Shown piece by piece: positions 9,289-18,290 of a stretch of DNA of 64,000 nucleotides (within the stretch, counting starts at the first letter, position 1; the number at the start of each line of letters is the position of its first letter). A model generated the notes under the pieces. That model made no database searches. It saw only the letters and a list, made by a program, of their open reading frames with translations, and was not told where the DNA came from. A program made the translations under genes and the position numbers. The stretch covers positions 143 through 64,142 of the forward strand of contig CAZJMV010000052.1 in NCBI GenBank assembly GCA_964547225.1. The letters are read 5' to 3'. Source of the stretch: an uncultured Anaerolineaceae bacterium (GTDB lineage Bacteria > Chloroflexota > Anaerolineae > Anaerolineales > UBA4823).

Positions 9289-9723
9289 TTAGGCAGCTAC
9301 TGAAGAAGACTGTGCAGATAGTTCATCTTTGACAAAACCAATCTCAGCCAAGACTTCTTCCATTTGATTCACTTCTTTTAGGAAGGGTTTGACACAAACT
9401 GTACAAATGGCTGCAAGTCGCAAGCGGCGAATATTGATACTACGTTCCTTCATCAAATCGTATGCTTTTCGTATTAATTCAGCCGTGCCATCCGCTTCCA
9501 CTTTGTAAGGACTATCGGTGCCGCTATACATCATAATGATCCCGTCAATGCCACGCTCAAAAGCACGTACAAAGAACTCGGGGGGGAACATAACCGGACA
9601 CATAACTGGCAAAATATAGGTGTTTGCAGGGTATTCTGCAAACACCTGTCCAGTTGAGTCCGCGCCTGCATAGCCGCCCGCTAGTGTTCCCAAAATCAGG
9701 ATTTTAGGTTTGCGGGTTTCCAT
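9289..9723 (-). CDS. mvhD: MvhD/FlpD-like protein with altered Cys pattern
   Basis: KPKILI..YAGAD..G...YP....LPVMC...RAFERGIDG...RLRL matches the MvhD pattern. Confidence 0.75.
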   Translation of the reverse strand: METRKPKILILGTLAGGYAGADSTGQVFAEYPANTYILPVMCPVMFPPEFFVRAFERGIDGIIMMYSGTDSPYKVEADGTAELIRKAYDLMKERSINIRRLRLAAICTVCVKPFLKEVNQMEEVLAEIGFVKDELSAQSSSVAA

Positions 9724-9734
9724 ACTTTTATTCC

Positions 9735-9986
9735 TTATTTTTTTCGTCGAATAAAGAGTCGTTCATAGCCATCGGCGTCTAGATGACCAAGATATTCGTG
9801 ACCTACTTTCTGGCACCAACGCGGCATATCTTCTTTTGTTTTTGCGTCTCCGGTCCATATCTCCAACACTTCGCCGACTTTGACACCACCAATGCTCTTC
9901 TTTGCTTCGAGCAATGGACCTGGGCATGACATTGCCCGTGCGTCAGAAACCTTTGCTGCTACAATTGAATTTAGTTCTTCAGACAT
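9735..9986 (-). CDS. tusA: TusA-family sulfur carrier
   Basis: DARAMSCPGPLLEAKK motif. Confidence 0.9.
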   Translation of the reverse strand: MSEELNSIVAAKVSDARAMSCPGPLLEAKKSIGGVKVGEVLEIWTGDAKTKEDMPRWCQKVGHEYLGHLDADGYERLFIRRKK

Positions 9987-10134
9987 AATTTTTTCTCCTT
10001 AAATGATATTAATAAAATTGTTAACAATCGGGTTAATCTGTAGCTTATTCAAATTATTAATCTTCAGAAAAACTCGTAACATACGAATAAACAAAACACT
10101 TTTTGAATTGTCATTTTCAACTTTAACATCCATA

Positions 10135-10410
10135 TCAATGAAAAATTCCTATATTGTTTAATAATTGACGATCAACGATATAATAATATATTGTTTGACC
10201 TTCTCGCCGACAATTTAAAATGCCTCTTTTTTTCAAGATATTAAGGTGTTGAGATGTATTTTGCATAGAGGCTCCTACCTCCGAAGCAATTTCGCCCACC
10301 GACAGTTCCCGCTCAGCCAATGCCCAAAGTATCAATACTCGTCTAGGGCTAGTTAGTGTTTTGTAATATTGGGCTTGCTTTTCTGCCCAACTCAATTTTT
10401 CCTTATCCAT
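10135..10410 (-). CDS. ArsR/SmtB-family transcriptional regulator
   Basis: PRRVLIL..L...ELSVGEIA...SQHL..LK..G...RREGQTIYY. Confidence 0.9.
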   Translation of the reverse strand: MDKEKLSWAEKQAQYYKTLTSPRRVLILWALAERELSVGEIASEVGASMQNTSQHLNILKKRGILNCRREGQTIYYYIVDRQLLNNIGIFH

Positions 10411-10651
10411 AGAACGTTACTTTTATGGCTATGTATTCGCTATTTATGTTTGTGTATATTGCGTCCATTTAAACAATATTTGCACATTCACTTAATTTCA
10501 TCTACATGCAATTATATAAGCCTCGGTTTCAATCAATTAGTGACAATTGTTACAATCGGCTATTGCTATTTATTTGAATATGTTATAAAGAAATGGAATA
10601 TATAATTATTGTGACAAACAACTTTTTTGATTATTACGTGCCATAACAAGT

Positions 10652-10681
10652 TGGACAAAAAAGGATTTATGATGGTAAAAT
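10652..10681 (+). promoter_or_regulatory. Putative sigma70 promoter for the riboswitch/ECF operon
   Basis: TGGACA-18 nt-TAAAAT with an extended -10 TG, a few nt upstream of the riboswitch. Confidence 0.5.
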
Positions 10682-10687
10682 TAGTGT

Positions 10688-10828
10688 AACTCCGAAGTCA
10701 TTCGACCTTAGACAAAAATGTGATGGTTGGATGAACACCCCTCAAATTTTCAAGAGGGGCGGGTCGGCAAGGAAACAATCCGGCCTCCCGAAGTTCCAGA
10801 GATAAAAGGAACGGATTTGGAAAGGAGA
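10688..10828 (+). ncRNA. Molybdenum cofactor (Moco/Tuco class) riboswitch-like element
   Basis: CTCCGA...GGAAAC...GCCTCCCG...TTTGGAAAGGAG landmarks; P1 CTCC/GGAG, P2 10698-10707/10725-10734, P3 CCCCTC/GAGGGG; the operon ends in moeA. Confidence 0.8.
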
Positions 10829-10941
10829 AATCTAGGTGTATAATTTTTATTTACAAGCGCCTTCGCTGTCGATTTTCCTTAAAAAGCGATTCTATAAAAT
10901 AAATAATCCATGCCTTTTTGGGGATAAAGGGTTTGGTTTTG

Positions 10942-12423
10942 ATGATTGAAATTAAAGATCTTTCTGTTTCTTATGGGAACATCCATGTCATCAGATATTT
11001 ATCATTGTATATTGAATCTGGGCAGTGGGTGTTAATAAGTGGGTCTTCAGGTTGTGGAAAAACCACGCTGGTAAGGGCGATAACAGGAATTATTCCACAT
11101 GCCTTTGACGCAGATATATCAGGTCAAATAAAAATTAATGGAATCGACACAGTGGTTACTCCATTGTCAGAATTAGCGCAGAATATTGGAATTGTATTTC
11201 AGAATCCTGGATCGCAATTATTTCACCTACAAGTGGAAGATGAAATAAAGTTTGGTGTACGAAATCTGGGATATAGCGAAGAAGAAGTTAAAGAGCGCGC
11301 AAAGTGGGCAATGGAAGCTGTTGGAATTACAAAATTAAGATATTGTAATCCGTCTGAATTATCTGGAGGGCAAAAACAATGTGTTGCGATTGCATCCGTT
11401 TTAGCAATGCGTCCTCAAGTAATTGTATTGGATGAACCTACAGCTTCATTAGATATTGCGAATACTTCTAAAGTGATGGATACAATAAAGATTCTCCGAG
11501 ATCAGTACGGAATTACGATTGTCATGGTTGACCACCGTTTATCATCCTATATCCAAAACGTTGATCGGGTTCTGATCATGGAATCCGGAAAGATTGTTAT
11601 TGATGGAAAACCTCGCGATATTTTTTCAGACGAAAAGGTTTGTTCAGAATTAGGAATAAGAAGACCAGCAGAATTACCAATGACATCTTGGCGAGAATTA
11701 ATCCACCTGGGCGCTTCAGAAATCTCTACCTCAAGTGCTTATAGTGAGCCATTAATAAGTATCGAACAAATTGCCGCTGGTTGGAATGGGAAAGATGTTA
11801 TTAAAGAGATTAGCTTCTCGATTTACCCAGGTGATTTCTTAGCAATTGTTGGAGAAAATGGTGTAGGCAAGTCTACCTTGGCTATGGTAATCGCAGGATT
11901 ACTTAAACCTCGTTCAGGAAGAGTAAGGTTTATGGGTACAAGACGCCCAAAGCCTGGATTAGACGTTGCCATACTTTTTCAAAATTCTGCAGATCAATTA
12001 TTTACAGATACCGTAGACGATGAAATATCTTTTGGTCCACAAAATTATGGTTGTTATAACGAAGAAAGTCACTTGGATACATTAATAAATGCAGACCTAA
12101 TTGGGATTTTAAAAAGAAGTCCTATGTCATTATCTGTTGGACAACAGCAGAGAACTGCATTGGCTGCAAGCTTGTCTTTACGACCAAGTTTAATCATTCT
12201 TGATGAACCAACGCTAGGGCAAGATTGGAAACATTTACAGAAATTAATGGATTTCATAATTATGCTAAACCGGAAAGGGAGCGCTGTCTTGTTAATTACT
12301 CATGATTATAAGATTGTTCATCGATATGCAAGACGTATGGTTTTGATGGAAAATGGCAGAATTAAACTAATAGGAACCTTACAAAATAACCAACTGGAGA
12401 AATCTTATGAAGTTCACTACTAA
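10942..12423 (+). CDS. ECF transporter ATPase with duplicated NBDs (A-A' fusion)
   Basis: Two Walker A motifs (GSSGCGKT, GENGVGKS), FQNP/FQNS Q-loops, LSGGQKQ and LSVGQQQ signatures, two LDEPT motifs. Confidence 0.9.
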   Translation: MIEIKDLSVSYGNIHVIRYLSLYIESGQWVLISGSSGCGKTTLVRAITGIIPHAFDADISGQIKINGIDTVVTPLSELAQNIGIVFQNPGSQLFHLQVEDEIKFGVRNLGYSEEEVKERAKWAMEAVGITKLRYCNPSELSGGQKQCVAIASVLAMRPQVIVLDEPTASLDIANTSKVMDTIKILRDQYGITIVMVDHRLSSYIQNVDRVLIMESGKIVIDGKPRDIFSDEKVCSELGIRRPAELPMTSWRELIHLGASEISTSSAYSEPLISIEQIAAGWNGKDVIKEISFSIYPGDFLAIVGENGVGKSTLAMVIAGLLKPRSGRVRFMGTRRPKPGLDVAILFQNSADQLFTDTVDDEISFGPQNYGCYNEESHLDTLINADLIGILKRSPMSLSVGQQQRTALAASLSLRPSLIILDEPTLGQDWKHLQKLMDFIIMLNRKGSAVLLITHDYKIVHRYARRMVLMENGRIKLIGTLQNNQLEKSYEVHY

Positions 12424-13036
12424 AGAGTTAGTTACCATGGCAGTATTTGGGGTTCTTTGGGGAATTGTTGAAATTAGTATAGGAACAGTATTAAAATCTT
12501 TAAATATCCCACTCAGTGGTGTTATCTTGGCTGCGATAGGGTTATCTATAGCCTTAGTGGGTCGAATTTTTGTTCCTCATAGGGGATCGACCTTTTTCAT
12601 CGGTGTAATAGCTATGATTATGAAATTGTTTAGTTTAGGTGGAGTGATCATTGGACCGATGATCGGAATTTTAAGTGAAGCAATCATTGCAGAGATCATT
12701 CTCAGTTTATCTAGGCAACCAAAGCGATCTATATTTATCATAACAGGTGGATTGGGAGTATTATGGTCTTTAGTTCAACCTTTTGTCACAAATCCAATTC
12801 TGTTTGGACGTTCTGTGCTTATGGTTTGGCTTGATCTCTTGGACTTAGGAATTAGGCTTCTTGGAATAAAAACTGAAGCAGCAACTGTGATATTGATCAT
12901 AATGGTTGCTCTGCATTTTTTAATAGGTAGTCTAGTAGGTTGGTTTGCTTGGGATGTTGGAAGAATAATTCAAGAACGAATGGGAAAGACTTTATTAATA
13001 AATGACGGAAAACAAAATAATAATAAGGGTGAATAA
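12407..13036 (+). CDS. ECF transporter substrate-binding S component (unknown specificity)
   Basis: About 6 TM helices, MKFTTKELVTMAVFG N-terminus typical of S components, located between the ECF ATPase and EcfT. Confidence 0.75.
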   Translation: MKFTTKELVTMAVFGVLWGIVEISIGTVLKSLNIPLSGVILAAIGLSIALVGRIFVPHRGSTFFIGVIAMIMKLFSLGGVIIGPMIGILSEAIIAEIILSLSRQPKRSIFIITGGLGVLWSLVQPFVTNPILFGRSVLMVWLDLLDLGIRLLGIKTEAATVILIIMVALHFLIGSLVGWFAWDVGRIIQERMGKTLLINDGKQNNNKGE

Positions 13037-13041
13037 TCAAT

Positions 13042-13485
13042 ATGAAAAAATATTTTGTCTTTTTAACGTTTATAACATAGATCATTTCTAGTTGTGCGAA
13101 TGGAAAATCTATAGATGATAGTAGAATTGGATTGATTATTAGTGATGGTACGACTAGAAAAGAATATAAAGTAGAGGATTTAGAGCTATTGGAATCTATT
13201 GAGGCAGATTTCAATTATGTCATATATGTAGGCGTTCCCACACAGTTACTTTTTAAAGATACTAGATTTGACATTTCTAATCTAAAAGCGATTAAAGCGA
13301 TAGCTTCCAATGGTTATTCTGGAAATTATGGACCTGAATTATTTTTCTGTGACGATGTTGTTGTAGCCTATAAATCAAAAGATGGTGAAATGAATGAAGA
13401 AGATGAAATGTTTCGTATGGTTTTACCAGGCGAGGAAGGAAAATTGAATATTCGAAATCTAATTGTGCTACAAGCGATCCCATAA
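13042..13485 (+). pseudogene. Lipoprotein with a molybdopterin-oxidoreductase (sulfite-oxidase-like) domain, interrupted by an in-frame TAG
   Basis: MKKYFVFLTFIT*IISSC: TAG at 13078-13080 inside the signal peptide, in frame with ORF 13132..13485 (YVGVP..LL, ASNGYS, VVVAY..DG, FRMVLPG). Confidence 0.7.
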
Positions 13486-14213
13486 TGAATTATGAAGGAT
13501 ATCGAGTACAAATAACACATGTAGAAGATCGATCACGATTGGGGACTTATGGACACTTAGCTTTTTTCCTCTGGTTCATAGGAATGGTTATATTCGTATC
13601 GAGTAAATATATATTAACTGCTTCGATAATATGTTCATTGGTTGCAGCGATAGTTTATCCATTTTCTTTGCGGATTATTTTTCGTTGGCGTTGGATTATC
13701 TTGATGTCTTTATTGGCTATCCCAGCAATATTTTTTCTTGGGGACATTGACTCGGTTTTTTTAGGGTTGATTTATTCTTCTCAAGGATTAACTGCTGCTA
13801 TTCAGATTGCTTGTCGGTTCATTGTGGTTTTCATTGCAGTAGAGGCGTTTACAAAATCGGTAACCATCTCCGCTATCGGTGGTTTGTTGGAACGATTTGG
13901 TATGCAGGGTTTAGGCTTCTCGATTGGTGTAGGTTTAAACCTCCTTCCTAACCTACAAACTGCAAGCATGCATACTTGGCAGAGTCTTAGAATGCGTGGA
14001 GGATTGCGTAGAAAATGGTGGCGTGGGTTGAAGATGATGGCTGTTACAATTCTGAGTAATGCGATTGCTCAAGCAGAGGAAATCGCATTAGCAGCTGAGG
14101 CGCGAGCCTTTTCACCAGCCAAATCTCGCCCACTACCCATTGCGAAAGGGCAATTCGATTGGTTAGTATTTATTTTTGTCATCATCTCATTTATTGGTAT
14201 TGCATTAGTTTGA
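13485..14213 (+). CDS. ecfT: ECF transporter transmembrane T component
   Basis: Two coupling-helix motifs (LRMRG and AEARA) plus TM helices. Confidence 0.85.
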   Translation: MNYEGYRVQITHVEDRSRLGTYGHLAFFLWFIGMVIFVSSKYILTASIICSLVAAIVYPFSLRIIFRWRWIILMSLLAIPAIFFLGDIDSVFLGLIYSSQGLTAAIQIACRFIVVFIAVEAFTKSVTISAIGGLLERFGMQGLGFSIGVGLNLLPNLQTASMHTWQSLRMRGGLRRKWWRGLKMMAVTILSNAIAQAEEIALAAEARAFSPAKSRPLPIAKGQFDWLVFIFVIISFIGIALV

Positions 14214-14256
14214 TCGTTAATAATCAAGGAAATAATCAATAAGGATAATTAGATTT

Positions 14257-15453
14257 ATGATTTCGTATAATGAATCGTTTGAATTGACTATAAAGAATAT
14301 TACGCCTTTGGAAGAAGAGCAAATAGATTTACTTGATGGTAATTTACGGGCGGTTTCAAAAGACTTATTTGCATTGGTTGATTCACCCTCTATCAATGCT
14401 TCTTTAAAAGATGGATTTGCCATCCATTCGGAGGAAGTTCAAAATGCCAGTCCAAGGAATCCAGTTATTTTAAGGATTATTGGCTCAGTTTCAGCGGGAG
14501 AAACTTGGAAAGGAAAAATTAATTCAGGGGAAGTTGTACGAATATTAAGTGGCGCTCCTGTACCTGTTAGTGCAGATGCTGTAGTTGCTGAAGAATTTGT
14601 GCGCGTAGAAGGCGATAGAGCTGTTGTGGTTAATGATGCCTACCCAGGTAGAAATATTTTGAAGAAAGGTAGTGATGTTAGCAAATCGCAGTTGCTTATA
14701 AAATCGGGGGAAAATCTTTCTCCAACAAAAATAGGTTTATTAGCAGCTGCAGGTTATGAGAAGATTCCGGTGCATAGAAACCCGCATGTGGCGATCATGG
14801 CGACTGGAGATGAAGTGATTACCCCTGGAATGAAATTAGTCGAAGGAAAATTGTTTGCTAGTAATCTTGTTACATTAGCTGCCTGGTGTCGAATATATGG
14901 ATTTAAAACCTATACTTGTACCGTCCCTGACGATATAAAGGTCATGAAGGAAACCCTAATCTGGTGTTTAGAGAATTATGATGTGGTTATTAGTAGTGGG
15001 GGAGCTTGGAATGGAGAGCGAGATTTAGTTATAAATTTATTAGATGAATTAGGTTGGGAAAAAATTTATCACCGGGTACGTATTGGGCCTGGCAAGGCAG
15101 TTGGATTTGGAATATTTGAAGAAAAACCTGTTTTTTGTTTACCTGGTGGTCCTCCATCTAATCATATGGCATTTTTACAATTAGCGTTACCCGGATTACA
15201 TCAATTAGCAGGGTGGAGCAAACCAGGAATTAAAAAGATGAAAGCGATCTTGATAGAAGATGTGAAAGGTCAGGTTGACTGGACACAATTTGTGCATGGA
15301 AAAATCAAAATTGGGAGCGAGGGATTGATTTTTGTCCCTATGAATTCTTTTAGTAGATTGAAAATGATGGCAGAAGCAGAAGGAATAATCATGATTCCTG
15401 AAGGAGAGGAAATAATTTGTAAAGGGGAAACAGTGGAAGTCCAAATTCTTTGA
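14257..15453 (+). CDS. moeA: Molybdopterin molybdenum/tungsten transferase MoeA
   Basis: SLKDGFA, RILSGAPVP, ATGDEV, SSGG, IGPGKA and LPGGP motifs. Confidence 0.92.
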   Translation: MISYNESFELTIKNITPLEEEQIDLLDGNLRAVSKDLFALVDSPSINASLKDGFAIHSEEVQNASPRNPVILRIIGSVSAGETWKGKINSGEVVRILSGAPVPVSADAVVAEEFVRVEGDRAVVVNDAYPGRNILKKGSDVSKSQLLIKSGENLSPTKIGLLAAAGYEKIPVHRNPHVAIMATGDEVITPGMKLVEGKLFASNLVTLAAWCRIYGFKTYTCTVPDDIKVMKETLIWCLENYDVVISSGGAWNGERDLVINLLDELGWEKIYHRVRIGPGKAVGFGIFEEKPVFCLPGGPPSNHMAFLQLALPGLHQLAGWSKPGIKKMKAILIEDVKGQVDWTQFVHGKIKIGSEGLIFVPMNSFSRLKMMAEAEGIIMIPEGEEIICKGETVEVQIL

Positions 15454-15610
15454 TTTAATGGCAAGTTAAACTTTCTTTGAATCAGTTGATAACAATATTA
15501 GAATTAATTATGATGGAAAAGATTAAGGTAAAATGAGGGAGAGTATTAAATTTGGTGCTCTATACGTTAAGAATTGAAAAAATTTTTTATTAGGTTTTTT
15601 CGAATAAGAG

Positions 15611-18199
15611 ATGTGGATGGAACAACCAAGAATATTAATTATTGAAGATGATACTAGCATGCTGACAAGTCTGACGATGATATTTCGTCGTAAAGGGTAT
15701 TATGTTGAGACAGCAATTAGTGGACGTAGTGCATTAGAAACTATAAAGAAAAATAGTTATCATCTCGGTTTAATCGATATAAAGTTACCTGATATGGATG
15801 GTATTGATCTAATCGAACCATTAAAAAAGATCAATCCGGAAATGGTTTTGATCATGGTGACTGGATATGCATCGATAGAATCAGCTGTGCGAGCATTGAA
15901 TGCTGGCGCATCAGCCTACATAACAAAGCCAATCAATATGGATGAAGTATTGGCAGCGATCCGTGAAGCACTTGAAAAACAGCGTATGTCTGAGGAAAAG
16001 AAAAAAGCTGATCTCGCACTTCTGATAAGCGAAGAGCGATATAGGACAATATTTAACACTTCACCTGTTTCTATTTGGGAAGAAGACTTTTCTTTAGTAA
16101 AAGAAGAAATAGTGCAGTTACAGAAACAGGGAATTGAAGATTTTAATGAATATTTTTACCTTCATCCTGAGCATTTGGAAGAAATAATTAACAAAATTAG
16201 AATCCTTGATGTAAACCAATCCACAATAAAAATGTTTAATGCGAGGAGTAAAGAAGATCTTTTAGGGTCGCTTGAAAAAATTGCTTTGCCGGGAACGAGG
16301 GATATTATCCAAAAGGAAGTTGTGGCAATTGCAGAAGAAAAAGATTTTTTTGAAGGAGAAACCATTAACAGGACATTTGATGGAGAAATTATAGATTTAT
16401 TCATCAGTATGACGATACCGAAGGAAATGGCTGAATTCTCAAATGTTTTGATTAGCATGGTTGATATAACCGAGCGAAAGAAAACCGAAAATGAGATAAA
16501 AGCTAGAAATGAAGATATTCGTTTATTATATGAGGCTGGAATTCAATTGGGCGCCTCTCTTAAGCTGGATGAAGTGTATAAATCAGTACATAAATTAATA
16601 TCTCAAGTAATGGGGTGCGATGGGCTTTATATTTCCTCTTATGATAAAGAAAAAGAAATTATTAAATGTGAAGCTGCATGGGGAAACGATAGAGAATTAG
16701 ATATTTCAAATTTTCCCTATATACCTTTAGGTGAAGAAGGTAAGGGAACTCAAAGTATCGTAATACATACTGGTGAACCATTATATATCCCGGATTTTTT
16801 AGAACAAAAGAAAACATCGAATATCATGTATTTTGTTAACTATAAAAAAACACTCCTTGAAGATGAACCGAATGGGTCTGACGATATTCCTAAATCAGCT
16901 TTGATCGTTCCATTAAAATTGGAAAACCAGGTTATTGGAGTGATTCAAGTATTTAATTATAAAAAAGATGCTTACCAAAAGGGAAATATGGATTTCTTAA
17001 AAGCATTGTCCCCTCAGATCGCGATTGCTTTGGCGAATGCAAAGTTGTTTGAACAATCTCAGTTAGAGATAAAAAGAAGGGAAGAAGCAGAAAGTCATAA
17101 ACAAAAGCAACTCGAAAGACTATCTGCCATGCATAGTATTGATCTAGCCATTTCGAGTAGTTTTGATCTAAAGGTAACCATGGATATCCTATTATCGCAA
17201 GTGCATAATCACCTGGATGTAGATGCTGCCACAGTATTGTTACTGAATCCAAAAACACAAAGGTTAGAGTATATTGCGAACAAGGGTTTTTTGAGGGGCC
17301 TAAAAATCACTGACTCGATTCTATTGGGTCAGGGGTTTGCAGGCGAAGCAGCACTTGAACAGAAGATTGTTCAAGTAGATGATCTAAAGAGCAGCGAACC
17401 ATTATTAATCCGATCTGCTTTGTTTAAGTCGGAAGGATTTGAGTCATATATTGGAATTCCATTGATTGCCAAAGGTCAAGTTGTCGGTGTTATGGAAATC
17501 TTTCAAAGGAGCATGTTCTCTCCTGAGCCAGATTGGTTAGACTATTTGAAAACACTCGCTGGACAAGCCGCTATAGCGATTGATAATTCATTGCTCTTTA
17601 GTAATTTACAACGCGCTAACTTAGAGCTAGAGCTAGCTTATGATAATACACTTGAGGGGTGGTCGACTGCTTTAGAATTGCGCGATATGGAGACGGAAGG
17701 TCATTCACAGCGGGTAACCGAATGGACTGTAAAGTTGGCAACAGAAATGGGTATTCCGGATGAAGAGATTGTGCAAATCAAACGTGGGGCTTTATTGCAT
17801 GATATCGGAAAAATGGGTGTGCCTGATCACATATTGTTGAAACCCGGTCCCTTAACTGATGATGAATGGGATATCATGAAAATGCATCCCGTATATGCAT
17901 ACAAATTATTGTCTCCAATCCCTTTCTTACAAGATGCTCTAGATATTCCTTACTATCATCATGAGCGGTGGGATGGTTCTGGATATCCAAAAGGATTAAA
18001 AGAAAAAGAAATCCCATTAGCAGCAAGGATTTTCGCAGTTGTTGATGTTTTCGATGCATTATCTTCTGACAGACCATACCGAAAAGCCTGGAAAAAGGAA
18101 AAGATAATAGAATATATTAAAAGGCAATCTGGGGTGATTTTTGATCCTGAAGTTGTTGATGCACTCTTGTCGATGGAAGAGACTGTTGGAGTCAACTAA
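15611..18199 (+). CDS. REC-PAS-GAF-GAF-HD-GYP cyclic-di-GMP phosphodiesterase
   Basis: N-terminal receiver (DIKLPDMDG), PAS, two GAF domains, LLHDIGK and HHERWDGSGYP. Confidence 0.9.
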   Translation: MWMEQPRILIIEDDTSMLTSLTMIFRRKGYYVETAISGRSALETIKKNSYHLGLIDIKLPDMDGIDLIEPLKKINPEMVLIMVTGYASIESAVRALNAGASAYITKPINMDEVLAAIREALEKQRMSEEKKKADLALLISEERYRTIFNTSPVSIWEEDFSLVKEEIVQLQKQGIEDFNEYFYLHPEHLEEIINKIRILDVNQSTIKMFNARSKEDLLGSLEKIALPGTRDIIQKEVVAIAEEKDFFEGETINRTFDGEIIDLFISMTIPKEMAEFSNVLISMVDITERKKTENEIKARNEDIRLLYEAGIQLGASLKLDEVYKSVHKLISQVMGCDGLYISSYDKEKEIIKCEAAWGNDRELDISNFPYIPLGEEGKGTQSIVIHTGEPLYIPDFLEQKKTSNIMYFVNYKKTLLEDEPNGSDDIPKSALIVPLKLENQVIGVIQVFNYKKDAYQKGNMDFLKALSPQIAIALANAKLFEQSQLEIKRREEAESHKQKQLERLSAMHSIDLAISSSFDLKVTMDILLSQVHNHLDVDAATVLLLNPKTQRLEYIANKGFLRGLKITDSILLGQGFAGEAALEQKIVQVDDLKSSEPLLIRSALFKSEGFESYIGIPLIAKGQVVGVMEIFQRSMFSPEPDWLDYLKTLAGQAAIAIDNSLLFSNLQRANLELELAYDNTLEGWSTALELRDMETEGHSQRVTEWTVKLATEMGIPDEEIVQIKRGALLHDIGKMGVPDHILLKPGPLTDDEWDIMKMHPVYAYKLLSPIPFLQDALDIPYYHHERWDGSGYPKGLKEKEIPLAARIFAVVDVFDALSSDRPYRKAWKKEKIIEYIKRQSGVIFDPEVVDALLSMEETVGVN

Positions 18200-18290
18200 A
18201 GGGGAAGTGGTATGTAATTGAACTTGTCCTGGCTAAAATTTTTTTGGGGGTATGGTAAAATACCTAGAGTAAATTGATGACAGGTATTTT

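Noticed and set aside
5880-9723. Possible selenocysteine recoding in HdrA/MvhD
   Set aside because: The ORFs are full length with no in-frame TGA at Cys positions; the missing MvhD Cys residues are ordinary sense codons.
602-9986. Apparently higher GC in the sulfur operon (and hppA) as evidence of horizontal transfer
   Set aside because: Not quantified, could reflect codon bias of highly expressed genes, and there are no mobility signatures.
10540-10622. TGACAATTGTTACA and TTGTGACAAA as Rex or Crp boxes
   Set aside because: Only partial matches in very AT-rich DNA, not distinguishable from chance by eye.
13078-13080. Pyrrolysine or amber read-through
   Set aside because: The TAG is in a signal-peptide hydrophobic core, no pyl genes are visible, and TAG ends other genes normally in this window.
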